Virus record (IMG/VR): IMGVR_UViG_3300009093_000038
From: an uncultured virus (IMG/VR IMGVR_UViG_3300009093_000038)
Taxonomy: Duplodnaviria > Heunggongvirae > Uroviricota > Caudoviricetes
Strand: one strand, 5' to 3'
Length of the DNA: 64,000 bases
The notes below the pieces were generated by a model, which ran no database searches, was not told where the DNA came from, and worked only from the letters and a program-made list of their open reading frames with translations. Position 1 is the first letter of the stretch; the number at the start of each line of letters is the position of its first letter. This document shows positions 56,013 through 64,000 of this stretch, piece by piece. Made by a program: the position numbers and the translations under genes.

Positions 56013-56936
56013 TCATTGGTATTGACCGCCGTTGTTCGTGGTCCCGGAAGAATTGCCGGGGAAATAGGTCGCGCTTCCGGTGAGGGTGTGAATCACACCG
56101 TTCAGGTTTAGATTGAAGCGTGAACCGGTGGTCGAGCCAGTGAAGGTTACGTTGAACATGGCCACCACACCGGCATCGTCTGCGGCAGCGAAAGCTGTGA
56201 AGGCAGGGGTGCCGGTGATGGTCACGGTGGGAGAGATCGTATCGTTGATGATCGAACCACGGGTGGCGTAGTAATGGTTCCCTGTACCGCCCGAGATCGT
56301 ATAATTTCCTGAGACGATGATGGCCGAGTTGTTGTTCGCAAACAGGTGAACTCCACCCGACTTGGCCGGTCCAAAGTTCATGCCGGTTCCCACCGTCAGC
56401 GACGCACCCTGCGACATGATCACCGAGTTGCCGTTGGTGGCCCAAATCTTGAAGTTCTGAATCGTCCAACCGCTGATCGCGCCTGAGCCGCTGATACCGT
56501 CCCCAGAGGCAGGAGCCAGGAGCACGTTGGCAGGGGTGCCTGAATTACCGTTGATGTAATAAGAACCATTGCCCGCCACAGGCGGCAGCAGCACGTTTTC
56601 ATTGTAGGTGCCGTCTGCGATCTGGATGACGTTGCTGCTACCAGGAGGAAACCAAGAGCCTGCAACCGTATAGACTGCCTTCTGGATCGTTTTGAAAGCA
56701 CCGCCTGCGGTGTTGTTGGTACCGGCGTTGGAATCACTGCCGTCAGTTCTGACGAAGTAAGTCAGAGATGAGGCCAGAGGCGCAAAATTCGTGCTTCCCG
56801 TGGCCAGAGACGCCACGCGAGCATCAACTTGTGCTACGGACTGAGTCGTGTAGGGGGTGTGCTGATATGGCGGCACCTGGGCGCTCACGTAGAACGCCAG
56901 CATTGCCACTAACCAGATAAGTATAAACAGTTTCAT
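56013..56936 (-). CDS. Secreted beta-helix / tail-fibre-like protein
   Basis: Signal peptide; YFVRTDGSDSN.G..AFKTIQKA..IQIADGTY.E. Confidence 0.65.
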   Translation of the reverse strand: MKLFILIWLVAMLAFYVSAQVPPYQHTPYTTQSVAQVDARVASLATGSTNFAPLASSLTYFVRTDGSDSNAGTNNTAGGAFKTIQKAVYTVAGSWFPPGSSNVIQIADGTYNENVLLPPVAGNGSYYINGNSGTPANVLLAPASGDGISGSGAISGWTIQNFKIWATNGNSVIMSQGASLTVGTGMNFGPAKSGGVHLFANNNSAIIVSGNYTISGGTGNHYYATRGSIINDTISPTVTITGTPAFTAFAAADDAGVVAMFNVTFTGSTTGSRFNLNLNGVIHTLTGSATYFPGNSSGTTNNGGQYQ

Positions 56937-56947
56937 GCTTTAATTAC

Positions 56948-58672
56948 TCAATAATAGGTGATCTGAATCAGGTCGTGGTCGAACCAGAGGCTCGGGCTGT
57001 TCGGGTTCAGAGTGAAGGTGACGCGGAAAACATTGTTGGTCGTGGCGTTGAGCGTGGTCCGATTGCCGAAGATTCCGCCTGCGAATGCCGTCGAGCCGAT
57101 GTTGCCGAATCCAACTGTGGGGAGAGTGCTCGATCCGTGCCACCAGGAACCCAAAAGGCTTTGAGCATTCAGCGACCCGCCTGCTTTGAGCGTGGCATTG
57201 AATTTATAGGGTCGGATGCCCGTGCCCTGGCCGAACTCAGTGGCATCCATCTGCTGATCGTAAATCACCGTGCTACCGAAATAAACGCGCACGCGGTTGG
57301 TCATCGTTGCCGCCGCGTTGTTCAGCATGAAGCCGGTCATGTCGAACTGATAGGCGTGGTTCCCGAACAGCGTGTTGGCCGGGATGGTGAAGTTGATCAT
57401 GTCCGTCTCAGTCACTGTGTTGGTCACGCCGCCGATGGTGGTGTTGTACAGCAGCGTTTGCGGGAACAGTGGTTGCGCGAGGTTGGCGCTTCGAGTGACG
57501 AACCGAATCTCAGCCGTGGCGGGCACGGTCAGGTTGTTTGTATTGGAGAAATAATAAGGGATGATGCAGTCGCCGGACTGGCCGTAGCCAATCGGTGAGC
57601 CGTAGCCGCCGTCACCCTGGCCGGTGCAGATCGTCGCCAGCCGTTCGACTTTGGCATACAGCCAGACGTTGGTCAGGTTATTGTAAGTGTCCCAGGCGGA
57701 AACATCACGGGCTTCGAGAACCGTGGTCTCACGGTCACCGGTGACCAGGACGACGCGGCGACCGCTTGCTGAACCGTAGGCGTACATCGTGCAGGGCATC
57801 CCCTGGCTCGTGTTGAAGCCGAACGACACCGGCCCGTCTGTCACCCACGAAGTTCCGTTGTTGGTCGAGTGAAGCTGGTAGAAAATCAGGCTGCGATTGG
57901 CGAACGCCTGGTCACGCCGGACCATACAGAGCACGTTGCTATTACCCAGGTAGGCAAAAGTTGGCTCACGGAATCCACTGCTTGGGGAAGTCACCATGAA
58001 GTTGGTCTGCCAGTTTGCGCCGTTGTCGTCCGAGGTCAGCGCATAGGTGACACTGGCGTCGAGGCTGTTACTGAAACCAGAATACCCCATGCAGAGGCGG
58101 TTATTAGCGAGTGTGATGATCGGGCCATTGGGAACGTTCGTATTGTCGTAACCGGTGAAGCTTTGAAAGGATGTGGCATTCACCCAGTTTGTGCCTCGGT
58201 TGTCAGAGAGTAGGATAACGGTATTCGTCACCACTCCAGCAGGTACGATCGTACCCGCGCTGGCTAGGATATAGCGACCGGACGCGGTGATCCCGAACGC
58301 AAACCCAGGTGCGGCCACGTCCACGGCACCGTTGGTGTAGATCATCAGCGGTGTGCTCCAGGAGTAGCCCTGGTTGGTTGAGCGGATCAGGTAAATCGAG
58401 CGATTGGTGGCCAGGTGTCGGTTGCCCGCTGCAAAGACAGCGACGAAATCACCGTTGGTGTCGAGTGCCGTAAACGGCCAGGAATTGTAAGTGCCCCCAA
58501 CGGCGGTGACGTTTGTCTGAAAGAAAAGCGGCACGGTCTGTTTGGCTACCGAAATCAGGTTGGGTGAGCTTTCTGCATTGGTAGTGGCTGAATTGTGCTG
58601 AAAGGGTGGCACCTGGGACAGCGCCGAAAATGTACAGAACAGTGCCGTTAAAAAGTAAACAATGGTTTTCAT
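56948..58672 (-). CDS. Secreted BNR/Asp-box sialidase-like protein
   Basis: Start MKTIVYF; Asp-boxes STNQGYSW, SDNRGTNW, SDDNGANW, STNNGTSW; EP..RR; GYG. Confidence 0.75.
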   Translation of the reverse strand: MKTIVYFLTALFCTFSALSQVPPFQHNSATTNAESSPNLISVAKQTVPLFFQTNVTAVGGTYNSWPFTALDTNGDFVAVFAAGNRHLATNRSIYLIRSTNQGYSWSTPLMIYTNGAVDVAAPGFAFGITASGRYILASAGTIVPAGVVTNTVILLSDNRGTNWVNATSFQSFTGYDNTNVPNGPIITLANNRLCMGYSGFSNSLDASVTYALTSDDNGANWQTNFMVTSPSSGFREPTFAYLGNSNVLCMVRRDQAFANRSLIFYQLHSTNNGTSWVTDGPVSFGFNTSQGMPCTMYAYGSASGRRVVLVTGDRETTVLEARDVSAWDTYNNLTNVWLYAKVERLATICTGQGDGGYGSPIGYGQSGDCIIPYYFSNTNNLTVPATAEIRFVTRSANLAQPLFPQTLLYNTTIGGVTNTVTETDMINFTIPANTLFGNHAYQFDMTGFMLNNAAATMTNRVRVYFGSTVIYDQQMDATEFGQGTGIRPYKFNATLKAGGSLNAQSLLGSWWHGSSTLPTVGFGNIGSTAFAGGIFGNRTTLNATTNNVFRVTFTLNPNSPSLWFDHDLIQITYY

Positions 58673-58674
58673 AG

Positions 58675-58890
58675 TTAGACAGAGGCCAGAAACCAGTCGG
58701 TGCTGCTGGTACCAGCCGTGGTTTTGTACCAGACCTTGCCTGCCTGAGCGCCGGTGCCGATGACAATTCCAGCTCCGGTGCAAGAGATGACGCCGGTCGG
58801 ATCGACCGAGGAAGGAAAGGTAGTGCTGGCTGCCGTGGTCACCCCCTGGCCATCTGCTGCGTTTGGGTTCGGTACGTATGTCGGATTCAT
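58675..58890 (-). CDS. Small putative structural protein (71 aa)
   Basis: GTATTTA-N4-ATG; DP.GVI..G..VWYKTT.G..W. Confidence 0.55.
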   Translation of the reverse strand: MNPTYVPNPNAADGQGVTTAASTTFPSSVDPTGVISCTGAGIVIGTGAQAGKVWYKTTAGTSSTDWFLASV

Positions 58891-58904
58891 GCTGTAAATA
58901 CAGT

Positions 58905-60737
58905 TCAGTCTCCGAACACTTCGCTTTTGAATAGGGTCACTGAATTCCCCGCTCCCGTGCTCGTGTTGGTGAAGACGAAAAAGCCTCCAGCCGGAACGTA
59001 GCCGATCAGTTGTCGAAAGTCGCCGCCCTGCGCTGGAATGGATGCGCTGGTGTTGAAACCGACTGAGTTGGTGATCACGTTTGGAATCCACATCTGCATG
59101 GCCACGTTGCCTGATACGGTGGTCGAGATGAGCTGGACGATACCTGCCACTTCCCAGGGAGCGCCGGTGTTGTTCGTGTAAAACTGACCGCTCACGAAGT
59201 TCGAGATGGCGATGAAGCCGTGGTTCATTGGGATATTGATCGTGAAGACGCCGTTGCTCAGTATCATCTTCGTGACATGGCCGACTTGAAATTGAAGCTG
59301 CGAGGCAGCGGCGGTTCCACCTTCGATTTGAGGAGCGTTGATCGTCAGGCTATTGGTGCCGTTACTGAGGAGGGCAAAGTTGGTGGCAAGCTGCACCGGA
59401 TCATTGAAGCTGCCAGGTCCGAGCCAAATGCCTGAAAAGTTCTGGAACGGTTGCAAATAAACGCCTGCATTGAAGACACCGGCTTTGTTGAAATCTTTAA
59501 TCGTCAGCAGGTAGTTGTTGTCCACGTCATTGGTTTGGAGCGGCTTCACCTGCATCCGATGGAAGGATCGAGAGTTGGCATTGAAGAACAGCACGTTGGT
59601 CGTAGTGCCACTCGGCACGGTGAACGTATCGGCTGCTCCCACGCCTGAGTCCACCGCAGCAAAATTGATGATGCCCCGCAGGACGGAGTTGGTGTCCCAG
59701 AAATCCGCCACGGTGTTGGCCCACGCTCCGCCTGCCGGAAGGACTGAGTGCTCGACGGCGTACATGTCCCAGTCCAGACGCTGAACGAATCCACCTGTGG
59801 GTCCACCGATGACGCCGATCGTACATCCGCTGGTGACCGTATGCCCCATGTGAATGCCGTGGGTGCCGCCAGGGAAGTACCAGCCTTTGTTACACATCCA
59901 GACACGAGCGTCGTCCACGTCCGAGTGCTCGTTCAGTTCGTAGCCCACGTCGAAGCCGCGCACGTCCACGTTGTGAATCTCGCTGATCACCCAGTTATTG
60001 ATGGTCGGCGTGATGATGCCTACTGAAGCGTGCGTAGGCTGACTCTGCTGGCCGCCTGGCTGGCCGGTGTCCACCACACAGTCGCGGATCGCGACCTGGC
60101 CGACATATTGAAGGTTGAGCGGCGTGGTTTGCGGGTTGTCGTAAGCTCGGAAGGTAAGACGTTCCAGTTTCAGATACACTGCGCTGAGATTGATGGAGCT
60201 GCCGCTTGGTCCGGCTGTTCCGATGATCGTGTAACTGGGGTCAATCGGGATGTTGGTGGAGATGATGATCGCACCATTGGTGTTAATCACCGGCAGCACT
60301 CCATTGTTCCAGACTGTGTTGAGTGTCGGATCAGTAACGCCTCGGATGGTGATCGGGCAGATGGTCTGATTGATCAGGCTGCGAACCGGCAGATGGAGCT
60401 GGCTGTGGTTGAGGCCCGAGATTGAACCCGCGCATTCTGTGAACGACCCGTTGATCAGGTAAAGCCCGTCTGGGACTATGATCGTGCCGCCGACACCGTT
60501 GTTGGTCAGAGAGTCGATGGCTGACTGGAAGGCCGCCGTATCATCAGTGACGCCATCGCCCTTGGCACCGAACGCCCGCACGTTCACTTCTCGCGGCCAG
60601 TAGCTGAAGATATTCAAGATGCTTTTGAAAGCGGCATCGAGGTTGGACCCAAGGAAGCCGTTGATGGGTGTGAGTGCGCCGATGCAGATGAGGCCGATGG
60701 CGATCAGGATGCCGAGAAATAGTTTTTTGATTTTCAT
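58905..60737 (-). CDS. Pectin-lyase-fold tailspike/depolymerase-like protein with N-terminal signal/TM
   Basis: VNVRAFGAKGDGVTDDTAAFQSAID..VPDGLYLI. Confidence 0.8.
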   Translation of the reverse strand: MKIKKLFLGILIAIGLICIGALTPINGFLGSNLDAAFKSILNIFSYWPREVNVRAFGAKGDGVTDDTAAFQSAIDSLTNNGVGGTIIVPDGLYLINGSFTECAGSISGLNHSQLHLPVRSLINQTICPITIRGVTDPTLNTVWNNGVLPVINTNGAIIISTNIPIDPSYTIIGTAGPSGSSINLSAVYLKLERLTFRAYDNPQTTPLNLQYVGQVAIRDCVVDTGQPGGQQSQPTHASVGIITPTINNWVISEIHNVDVRGFDVGYELNEHSDVDDARVWMCNKGWYFPGGTHGIHMGHTVTSGCTIGVIGGPTGGFVQRLDWDMYAVEHSVLPAGGAWANTVADFWDTNSVLRGIINFAAVDSGVGAADTFTVPSGTTTNVLFFNANSRSFHRMQVKPLQTNDVDNNYLLTIKDFNKAGVFNAGVYLQPFQNFSGIWLGPGSFNDPVQLATNFALLSNGTNSLTINAPQIEGGTAAASQLQFQVGHVTKMILSNGVFTINIPMNHGFIAISNFVSGQFYTNNTGAPWEVAGIVQLISTTVSGNVAMQMWIPNVITNSVGFNTSASIPAQGGDFRQLIGYVPAGGFFVFTNTSTGAGNSVTLFKSEVFGD

Positions 60738-61777
60738 TTGCGAATCATGAAGTGGAGTCGGTAATTGGCGCTGTCTGTCACACCGTTAAGTGAGGCAACG
60801 AATCCATCCGTGGTGGGCTGACCGACCCAGGTGGGCCAGAGGTTCAGGCTGTTGACATCCGGCATGGCGATGTTGCCTGTCACACAGGATGGAGTGAACG
60901 GTAGGTTGAGGCCACCAACGTAAACAAAATTGGTTCCGTTAGGGATGGCGATGTTCGTGCCGAAAGTGGTGCCCGCTGACAACAGGACCAGCGTGGACGC
61001 GACCGCGTTGGTACCGGCGATGGCGATTCCCAGGGCTTCGCGTGCGATGTTGGTTCCGTCGATGGCGATACTCAGCGCTTCCCGCGCCAGGTTGGTGCCC
61101 TGTATTGCAATGCTGAGAGCTTCGTTGGCGAGATTCGTCCCGGCCACCGCGATGATCGTGTTGCCGTTGACTCCTGAGATCGCGCTGTTAGCTGTAGCCT
61201 GGGCCGCAGCGGCGGCGTTTAAGGCATTGGTGCCAACGTTTGTTCCGATCTGAGCGAGAGCGTACGCGGCGTTAGCTCGATTGGTACCGGCGACCGAGAT
61301 CGTCATTACACCGTTCACGCCACTGATCGCGCTCTGAGCATCTGCTTCAGCCTGAGCAGCAGCGTTCAGTGCGTTGGTTCCAACGTTGGTGCCGATGGCG
61401 GCGAGATTGTAAGCTCCCGTGGCGCTCTGGCCCAGGGCCTGCATCGCGAGATTGATGGCGTTGGTGCCAACGTTTGTGCCGATGCACGCGAGGCTGTAGG
61501 CGGCGTTCGCAAGCGCGAGCGCTTGCGGGCCAACGTCCGGTGCGGGCGGCGTTGGCGGATCAGGCTTGAACAGAATGAGATCAGACCAGGACCCGCTGCC
61601 CTGCGGGACTGTGCCGTAATTCTGAATTAAAACGATGAAATTGCCGTTGCCGTAGGATGCAACGTCACGAGGCGGCACGTACGTTCCGGCTGGCATCCAC
61701 GTGCCTGTGAAGTTCAGGTCCGTGGAGCTGACGTAGGTCGTGTTGCCGTTTAGGTTCGCGTACGCGTAGATCGCCAC
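60734..61777 (-). CDS. Fibre-like protein with Ala-rich GTN repeats
   Basis: Repeated AY.LA.IGTNVGTNA and LAREALSIAI.GTN. Confidence 0.65.
   Translation of the reverse strand: MAIYAYANLNGNTTYVSSTDLNFTGTWMPAGTYVPPRDVASYGNGNFIVLIQNYGTVPQGSGSWSDLILFKPDPPTPPAPDVGPQALALANAAYSLACIGTNVGTNAINLAMQALGQSATGAYNLAAIGTNVGTNALNAAAQAEADAQSAISGVNGVMTISVAGTNRANAAYALAQIGTNVGTNALNAAAAAQATANSAISGVNGNTIIAVAGTNLANEALSIAIQGTNLAREALSIAIDGTNIAREALGIAIAGTNAVASTLVLLSAGTTFGTNIAIPNGTNFVYVGGLNLPFTPSCVTGNIAMPDVNSLNLWPTWVGQPTTDGFVASLNGVTDSANYRLHFMIRK
61006..61145 (-). repeat. Coding tandem repeat, about 42-bp unit x3
   Basis: NLANEALSIAIQGT / NLAREALSIAIDGT / NIAREALGIAIAGT. Confidence 0.7.
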
Positions 61778-61838
61778 GCCTTAAATACGGAAATAAAAAT
61801 TGTTTACAATTCACTTATAGAGCAATACTCTTAAGTCA

Positions 61839-62060
61839 ATGAATGCTTTGACCACCGGAATGTTCATTCGCGTGCGCGCTGACCATGAGAATACGGCACG
61901 CGCTGGCCTCGACGGAATGGTCATGGCCAACAGCCCAGAGGGCGAATCCATGGTCGGTCTGTTCTTCTGGTGTGACCGTCATAACAATTTTCAGCGCTGC
62001 TACTGCGTCGGCACCGAAGCCTGGGACAAAAGCGAACTGGACTTTGCGACGGTTGAATAA
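61839..62060 (+). CDS. Hypothetical SH3-like protein
   Basis: After TTTACA-N17-TACTCT element. Confidence 0.5.
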   Translation: MNALTTGMFIRVRADHENTARAGLDGMVMANSPEGESMVGLFFWCDRHNNFQRCYCVGTEAWDKSELDFATVE

Positions 62061-62075
62061 AAGTTTACAATTTCG

Positions 62076-62501
62076 ATGAAACCTATTCCTGATCACCTGA
62101 TCCATAATACTGCCGCGCTACTCGAACGAACCTTGTTCGCGGTCGAGGCTACGAGCTTTGAGCAATTTTGCCTGTGGGAACAGCACGCCAAAGGCAGCTT
62201 GCACCGGATTCACCGTGAGCTGCACTGGGAGCAGATGAGTCCTGGCTGGATGGAACAGGTCGGTAAAATCGGCAGGTGTCCCTGCATGATAGAACTCTCC
62301 TGGGCCGAGATCGACGGTCAGATTATTTTGTTCTGGCATCAGTGCAGTGCAGTGACCGATTCACGCCAGGCCGAAGCCTGGTTCGAAAAGAATTTTAAGA
62401 AGAAGTGGGATGGCGGCACACGTCGCGCCATGATCGACGCCCAGAACTTCGGCCACTGCCTGTCAGCGATCAAAGAAGCCAATTTAGCCACCCATGCCTG
62501 A
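62076..62501 (+). CDS. Hypothetical phage protein
   Basis: Operon ORF. Confidence 0.6.
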   Translation: MKPIPDHLIHNTAALLERTLFAVEATSFEQFCLWEQHAKGSLHRIHRELHWEQMSPGWMEQVGKIGRCPCMIELSWAEIDGQIILFWHQCSAVTDSRQAEAWFEKNFKKKWDGGTRRAMIDAQNFGHCLSAIKEANLATHA

Positions 62502-62712
62502 ATCCTCTGAAATCGTTCAATACGAATACGCGCTCGAAGTCAGAGACGCGCTCGGTCACTGGTGCCGCCTGCGCGATACCAAACCGTCTTTGAGGCTGAT
62601 GCAACTGCATCTGGAAGTGATCTGGGGCAAGAACATTCCGAAGGACGGCATTCGTATCATCGAGCTGAAATCTACCGAGCGCATCCTGCAACGTGAGCTG
62701 TGGACCGTCTAG
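62494..62712 (+). CDS. Hypothetical protein
   Basis: Operon ORF. Confidence 0.5.
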   Translation: MPESSEIVQYEYALEVRDALGHWCRLRDTKPSLRLMQLHLEVIWGKNIPKDGIRIIELKSTERILQRELWTV

Positions 62713-62713
62713 C

Positions 62714-62923
62714 ATGAGCACCGAGGCAAATCCATCTATTCCCATGCAGCTCGAAGCCGCCATGAAGCAGGCCGGGCTGAATCGGCTCGACATGGCGCTG
62801 GCGCTGAAGACGCATCCGTCTGCGGTTACGAAATGGCTGAAGCCCGAGTCCAACATGACCATCAGCACGCTGAAGCGGTTCTGCGACGTGCTCAGCCTGG
62901 ATGTAAAACTGATCAAACTATGA
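62714..62923 (+). CDS. XRE/Cro-type HTH regulator
   Basis: GLNRLDMALALKTHPSAVTKWL..NMTISTLKRF. Confidence 0.8.
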   Translation: MSTEANPSIPMQLEAAMKQAGLNRLDMALALKTHPSAVTKWLKPESNMTISTLKRFCDVLSLDVKLIKL

Positions 62924-63141
62924 GAAAATTTCTATTTGTGCTCAGCGCGACTGCTGTCAAACCAGGTGAGACGTTCGGACCCGTCAACACGAACATCACC
63001 AAGGAAATCCACGGCCTGCTCCCCAATGAAAAAGAGCTGTACCAGGTGCGCTACCAGTTCTTCGATTTCCTGTCCAAGAAGGGCTACTCGCTGCTCATGG
63101 ACCAGGTTATCATCCTGGGCTTTTACCAGATCGAGTCATGA
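62920..63141 (+). CDS. Hypothetical protein
   Basis: ATGA coupling. Confidence 0.5.
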   Translation: MRKFLFVLSATAVKPGETFGPVNTNITKEIHGLLPNEKELYQVRYQFFDFLSKKGYSLLMDQVIILGFYQIES

Positions 63142-63530
63142 TTTACACGCCCGAGCACATCACTCATCTCGAAGACAACGAAGTGTTTGTCTTTGGATCG
63201 AATCGAGCTGGCCGCCACGGCATGGGCGCGGCGCTCACGGCCAAGGAGCTGTTCGAAGCTGAGTATGGCGTCGGCGAAGGTCCTACGGGCCAGTGCTACG
63301 CGCTGCCGACGAAAGGCCGGTCGTTGCGCACGCTGACCCTCGCCGAGATCGACGGCTCTATCCAGAGATTTCTGGAACATGCCACGGCGCACCCGAAGAA
63401 GACATTCCTGGTGACCAAGATCGGTTGCGGTCTCGCTGGTTATGCGCCCGAGGTCATCGGTCGTCTGTTCTTCAAGTCCGGCGCGCTGCCTGCCAACGTT
63501 GTGCTACCAAAAGAATTCCATACGCAATGA
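63138..63530 (+). CDS. A1S_2505-family (macro-like) phage protein
   Basis: EVFVFGSN.AG.HG.GAA..G.GEG..GQCYALPT..TKIGCGLAGY. Confidence 0.8.
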   Translation: MIYTPEHITHLEDNEVFVFGSNRAGRHGMGAALTAKELFEAEYGVGEGPTGQCYALPTKGRSLRTLTLAEIDGSIQRFLEHATAHPKKTFLVTKIGCGLAGYAPEVIGRLFFKSGALPANVVLPKEFHTQ

Positions 63531-63754
63531 GCTTTGTGCTGCCAGACGTAATCTTTTATTTTCCGCCGGTACCTGTGCGCCGTGGGATGCGTGACTACGC
63601 CCACGATCAGACCGTAAACAGATGGGCATGGGATCGTGGCTGGCTACCCAAAGACGCGAAAGGCCAGATCGAAGTTTATCCTGGTCAGCGTGCTGAAGTA
63701 TGGGGCGGTATCGCCAGGAATTGCCAGCAATACCTGGCACTTAAGTTTGTATGA
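63527..63754 (+). CDS. Hypothetical protein
   Basis: ATGA coupling. Confidence 0.5.
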   Translation: MSFVLPDVIFYFPPVPVRRGMRDYAHDQTVNRWAWDRGWLPKDAKGQIEVYPGQRAEVWGGIARNCQQYLALKFV

Positions 63755-64000
63755 TCCAGCTTGATGGCAAAATTGATGAGAAGCGACTGCGGCAATTCGC
63801 CAGCCAGGTGAAGCATATTCCGCCGCACGCGTTGCACGTTATCCACGAGATGATGTGCAAGGATCAGAGTCCTGAGTTTTATCACGGCCAGATGGCGGCG
63901 CTCCAGTTTGCTCATCAGCTCATGGCAGGAACACAGAGTCAGAACACGGTGGGCGCGACGATGGCTGTGGTCGCCAAGCACATCGTGGACAACGGATGGT
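63751..64000 (+). CDS. Hypothetical protein, 3'-truncated by window
   Basis: ATGA coupling; frame open to the window end. Confidence 0.5.
   Translation, partial: MIQLDGKIDEKRLRQFASQVKHIPPHALHVIHEMMCKDQSPEFYHGQMAALQFAHQLMAGTQSQNTVGATMAVVAKHIVDNGW

Noticed and set aside
58673..58783. Track N-terminal extension of the sialidase-like ORF
   Set aside because: It overlaps the 71-aa gene; MKTIVYF at 58672 gives a clean signal peptide
1120..61808. TGTTTACA box as a host LexA/SOS or FNR site
   Set aside because: It does not match the LexA or FNR consensus sequences I know; left as an unassigned operator
1..64000. Genome-wide TAG reassignment (genetic code 15)
   Set aside because: Long genes are intact under code 11 and many genes end in TAG right before promoters or next starts; only pth2 is visibly TAG-interrupted
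1..64000. CRISPR array, rRNA, integrase or transposase
   Set aside because: No regularly spaced repeat-spacer array or recognisable motifs were seen by eye

Overview
This window is a gene-dense, GC-rich segment of a large (jumbo-type, probably contractile-tailed) bacteriophage genome using the standard genetic code. The host is probably Verrucomicrobiota (inferred from protein style, not proven). It holds a glycosyl/methyltransferase end, a baseplate wedge, a DinG helicase, acidic head/ejection proteins, RusA, a 1383-aa polyvalent protein, about 30 kb of small accessory ORFs, and a cluster of signal-peptide-bearing glycan-binding/hydrolase genes. The standout is a minus-strand cassette at 19.72-20.75 kb. 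There, an amber-suppressor tRNA (anticodon CUA) lies directly upstream of a Pth2 peptidyl-tRNA hydrolase gene whose reading frame is interrupted by two in-frame TAG codons, although TAG is an ordinary stop elsewhere in the window. Three recurrent start-proximal DNA motifs suggest a mostly leaderless, multi-class transcription programme. All calls come from reading the sequence by eye; no searches were run.
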